A stretch of DNA of 64,000 bases from Polyangiales bacterium (lineage in GTDB: Bacteria > Myxococcota_A > Polyangia > Polyangiales > Polyangiaceae), in NCBI GenBank assembly GCA_038231275.1, contig JBBRLQ010000017.1:131530-195529 (forward strand), read 5' to 3'. The notes under the pieces were generated by a model. It did no database searches and was not told where the DNA came from. It saw nothing but the letters and a program-made list of their open reading frames with translations. The position numbers and the translations under genes were made by a program. Shown here piece after piece: positions 63,930-64,000 of this stretch; position 1 is the stretch's first letter, and every line of letters starts with the position of its first letter.

Positions 63930-64000
63930 CATCTGCAAATGCGCAGGCGCGCCTGACCCGTTGGTGAACTCACCGCGGGCAGTTTCCGCGAGAACGCGTC

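Overview
GC-rich bacterial DNA, almost certainly from a myxobacterium of the Polyangiaceae/Sorangiineae type. The evidence is romR next to valS, a MYXO-CTERM protein, PEGA/Ser-Thr kinase operons, Cys-rich lipoproteins and an ECF/anti-sigma/vWA module. About 55 genes are supported. Housekeeping genes include pdxA (partial), tldD, skp-lpxD-fabZ-lpxA-prs, hrcA, an RluA-family synthase, romR, valS, an acyl-CoA dehydrogenase and tRNA-Asn(GTT). Two accessory systems stand out. (1) At 36.3-41.6 kb is an apparently undescribed RiPP-type operon. It has a sigma54-type promoter and a 117-aa precursor made of a double-Gly leader, a CASSMKVIGVS segment and 13 Asp-Gly-Gly repeats, followed by a stem-loop. 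It then encodes a stand-alone PqqD/RRE, two radical SAM enzymes (Twitch-like and full SPASM), a DUF455-like diiron ferritin-fold protein and a SagB/ThcOx-type flavin dehydrogenase. It has no YcaO, protease or exporter. (2) At 57.5-63.8 kb is a full set of Campylobacter-type O-methyl-phosphoramidate biosynthesis genes (Cj1415-Cj1419 equivalents). An adjacent convergent sulfotransferase-fold gene is a candidate phosphoramidate transferase. Also seen: three sigma54-type promoters with upstream repeats, several probably leaderless genes, a dispersed REP-like element, and a vapBC pair between romR and valS. All functional calls come from motif recognition by eye; no database searches were run.
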